A stretch of DNA of 61,740 nt, the filler included, from Collodictyon triciliatum (lineage: Eukaryota): NCBI GenBank assembly GCA_043381765.1. It is 4 parts of 4 records of this genome, joined end to end, with 100 filler letters (N's around TTAATTAATTAA, not from the genome) between each part and the next. Parts side by side here need not be neighbours in the genome. Positions count along the whole stretch, not along the records: positions 51,856 to 61,740 come from JBHJMP010001586.1; 3 more parts are not named here. One strand, written 5' to 3'. Each line of letters opens with the position of its first letter. Position 1 is the first letter of the stretch. Positions 58,001 through 61,740 of this stretch are shown here, piece by piece. The notes beneath the pieces were generated by a model. The model was not told the DNA's origin. It was given only the letters and a program-made list of their open reading frames with translations, and did no database searches. A program made the position numbers and the translations under genes.

Positions 58001-61000
58001 TTTTCGTCAATCGTTCCTAATATAACATTGAAATACAATCCATATTAGAGAAAATTAAAAAGTGATTGCATAAGGGTGGCATTACAAACATATATTGATG
58101 AGATAATCTAACTCGAATCATTAGACCAATCAGGAGCAAATGTTACCATTTTGAATAACTCTGTAAGCCGGAATACGATGTCCCCACCAAAGCTGACGAG
58201 ATATACACCAATCGTGAATATTCTCTACAAACATTTCCCGATACGAATAGCTTATAATGATGATACATGAAATAGTGCCCATAGATAATCGATTATAAGT
58301 TGAGATTTAATTTAATAATTTTTAATTTATATTTGTTAATTATGTTCTGTAATGGCCGAGATTTCATTCACTAACCGAGCCAGCGTGTCCATTGAATTGT
58401 ATGGAAGGCGGGCGAGATCTTAATTTTCTCTTCCTCCACCAACTTCAAAGCATTCTTGGCTAATCCGTCACATTTGATATACCTTCACGCATCATTTTAA
58501 TTATTATGTTTTGCTTGCTTTTTATTCTCTCTACCTATTCATAAATTAATTTCAATTGAATTTATTACCATTGTGGCTTCACAAGAGGCTCTAGAATGTC
58601 ACCCGAACGTGAGCATCTAGATACAACCATCTTATGATCAACTATGGAAACCAACATATTTTTTGATTTCATAGCTTTAATGATGTCTTTGCGTACATCA
58701 TGTCTGTCCATTCCCTAATTGCAATGTAGCAGAATGAATGAAAGCTCGATTCATGATTGAATTAGTCGAAATAAATGACCATTAACATTAGTTTATCCAT
58801 CGTCGCACGAACTCTGTTTTATATCAAATTCACTTTTGAGTCAATTGAAGATTGGTAATACATCTAAACCTGGTAAGATCCAGCCAAATTGTTAAGTGTT
58901 CCGTTATCATGCATTATGTTGAAAACTGGGAGATTGTTTCTTTTGGCGCACTCGAAATCTGATGGGTCATGTCCAGGGGTCACCTATTTTAGAAATAAAC
59001 ATATATATATATATATTAGGTTGTCACTTCTTTTTTTTTTTTTTAGGAGAACCGCCAATCTTCATCTTAAAGGGAAGAAAATTACTACTTTTTCCCAATA
59101 AGACAAGAACATAAGTATGTATTCTATCTATATTCTGACAATTTTTGGAAAGTAACCCATGTGAAAAGATGAAAATGGGCGTGTGATTATTTTTAACAAA
59201 GAAAAACATGAATGCATATGCTTTGTTCGCTTTCTTCATTTTGTTCAACCGTTATCTTAAAATCTCTCAATCTCATATTCTCTCAAGAATGCGAAAAGGA
59301 AGAAAAGAAGATAGCTAAAATTTTATTACTGTTTACTTTTTTTTACAATATATTACTTTAACAGCGCCCGTTCCGAACCCCATATCGACAAGTTGGTTGT
59401 CGCAAATGATAGGGATTCTTCTGTTATCAAATGGGTGAATGACAAACTTGCCGTGAAGGTGCTATTTTAGTAAGGAAAATTTTGGTGACAAGTTTGATCA
59501 AATTATGCACATGTATATATCTTTTTCAAATGAAAATGAATATTAAGAAAAAAAAGATAGATATTATCTAAAAAAAAAAATCGCCCTTAATTATTTCCAA
59601 AGTATATCAGGTGACGTGTTTAAGAAACTCGATTGACGTTTAGGCTTTGAAATGGTTGAGGGTGGAAAAATTAAAGATGCATCAGATTGGAAATACTTTA
59701 TAGCGCTCATCGTCAGGGTGGATGGCCACGGCGACATCTCCAAGAATGGTTTCTGGCCGGGTGGTACTCACAGGAATCACCTCTCCATCTTCAGTAGTAT
59801 ATGTAAACGTGTATAAGACACCAACCACAGTCCTGAATAATAAAATAAATACAGCATTCAGATAATACACAATTTTGCAATCGTACAAAGTATATGATTT
59901 CATTATTCAAATGTGATTCTCATGATTATCGTATTTAACTATATTGTTAAAGAAAGATACAAGCCACAAAATATTACTCTTTTCCGTTGGGAAGTTTAAT
60001 GTAGGTTTTTTTCGAAACATCCTTTTGATCAACCTTTCAAAAGTCAAATTGTTGAGAGAAAAAAAAGGGGAAAGCTATCGACACAGCGCAGTTGATTACA
60101 GTTTTAGATGAAAGTATGGTTGCTGTTGTTTTTCCCACCTCAATATCTGATATTGCAGTCCCGAGATAGCAACACCACGAAACGATTCTCATATCTCGAT
60201 AAATCAACCCATCATGATATAATCTTTTGAAAGCCTCGAAAACTGCCATACTTCTCTGGTTATCCATAGTAAAATACTCTCGGGACCAGTCGAGATGCAC
60301 TCCCATTCTTTTCTAATAGATTTGTGTTACATTTCCATCTTAACATATTTCTGCACGAATTCGAAACGTATTGTTTATTAGGGGACGAGGAACATAAACA
60401 GATTTATCAAAAATGTGTGTGGTGGGTTTGACAAAAGCTGAAACGAAGGATAAGATATTATGTATGCTGATAATGCTATAAATATAATTCACAAACTATC
60501 TGGTTATTAATAACATTTCCATAATTTTCTTTCCAACTCCACACATGCTGAAGAAAAATGTCTCTTCCAAGCTGATGTCTGTTAACCTAGTAAATTTTTA
60601 TACGAAAATGATGACATGCTTAACAGAGTACAAAAAACTAAGTAACTAAGTAACAGAGTATATATAAACCACGCGCACAAACAAACAAACAAACAAACAA
60701 ACAAACAAACAAACAAACAAACAAACAAACAAACAAACAAACAAACAAACAAACAAACAAACAAAAAAACAAACAAACAAACACAAACACACAAATGAAT
60801 AAATAAACGAATAAATAAATGTGTTGATGTTGATGTTGGTAGTATACTTGCTGCTCTCTTTGTAACTTCTTTTCGACTACTACTTGTGTAGCTATTCCAG
60901 CATGGTCGGTCCCGGGAATCCACAATGAGTCTTTTCCATTCATTTTGTTCCATCGTATCAACGCATCCTGAATCGATATGGTCAGCGCATGTCCAAGATG

Positions 61001-61598
61001 GAGAGACCCAGTCACATTAGGTGGAGGAAGAAGGATCGTAAAGGGTGCAGCTGGTTTGCTCTTGATTGTGTCTTCTATGATAAATTATTTTTTTTGATAT
61101 TAAAAAATGTAGGAAATGTCTCTTGTAAAAAAAATATGTCAAGTTGTGAAATGGAAATATATATAATTGATGTGTGCATGTACTTTTTCCATGCGACCAT
61201 TCTGATAACCAGAAATGTTCCACATACTTCTGTGTGATGATTTTTTTTAAAAAAAAAAGTGTAAAGGAAAAAAAAATGGCCAAAAGAAAGTATTCACAAC
61301 AAAATATTGTGGTAAACTGTTTTTTTTCTTTCCTTTTTTCTATATATGTATTCATCTTACGTCTGTGCTTGTGCTAGATTGATTTAACATCACTCACTGG
61401 CTGATATGAATTGGGCATATTTGATATTGTCCAAGACCTCTTCGACGCATCGGAGGCATACCTTGCTGCAAAGTAGCGGGGGGAAATGTTCTTGACGTCC
61501 TTTCGCGCTGCAGCTGGCAAATGAATGAAAATGAGATAAACATAGAAAATATGAATAAAAATACGGCATTCCCATGGATGAAGCTCATGAAGAGACAG
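55062..61598 (-). CDS. VARS: Valyl-tRNA synthetase, multi-exon, possibly organelle-targeted; start probably outside the window
   Basis: HIGH region [124 protein letters not shown], and a C-terminal coiled coil ending at TGA 55062. Confidence 0.97.
60676..60783. repeat. Intronic (AAAC)n microsatellite
   Basis: Directly visible. Confidence 0.95.
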
Positions 61599-61614
61599 CT
61601 ATATGAATATCTTC

Positions 61615-61740
61615 TTTTGTTTTTTGTTTTATTTTCTTTTTTTTGTTTTGTTTTTTTGTTTTTTTGTTTTTTGTTTTTTTGTTTTTTTGTTTTTTTGTTT
61701 TTTGTTTTTTGTTTTTTTTTGTTTTTTTGTTTTTTTGTTT
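61615..61740. repeat. (TTTTTTG)n-type repeat at the window end
   Basis: Directly visible. Confidence 0.9.

Overview
Intron-dense, mostly AT-rich eukaryotic (protist-like) genomic DNA read with the standard genetic code; the organism cannot be identified from the sequence alone. The window is not one locus. It is four assembly pieces (1-17189, 17290-34476, 34577-51755, 51856-end) joined by identical artificial 100-nt linkers (44N-TTAATTAATTAA-44N). I spliced the exons by hand and recovered 11 genes. Piece 1 holds a giant receptor: signal peptide, two modules of about 12 Kelch repeats + CUB + Cys-rich, TM, TKL kinase, degenerate class III cyclase and a second TKL kinase (3' partial). Piece 2 holds CFIm25/NUDT21, a hidden 94-aa two-exon gene with an OPA3-like N-terminus, COX15, an EAF-like gene, a SHI/STY(SRS)-like zinc-finger transcription factor and THOC1. 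Piece 3 holds an LRR + helical-repeat protein and a large TmcB-like multi-TM, multi-PAS protein with two FixL-type PAS domains. Piece 4 holds a PX-BAR sorting nexin and valyl-tRNA synthetase. The highlights are the SHI-type transcription factor (a family regarded as plant-specific) in a non-land-plant genome context, the probable pseudo-cyclase dual-kinase receptor, the candidate heme/O2-sensing PAS membrane protein, and unusual 3' splice sites (frequent AAG acceptors, A-tracts where a pyrimidine tract is expected) plus several GC-AG introns. I found no rRNA, tRNA, CRISPR array or transposase. Family assignments come from motif recognition from memory, not from database searches.
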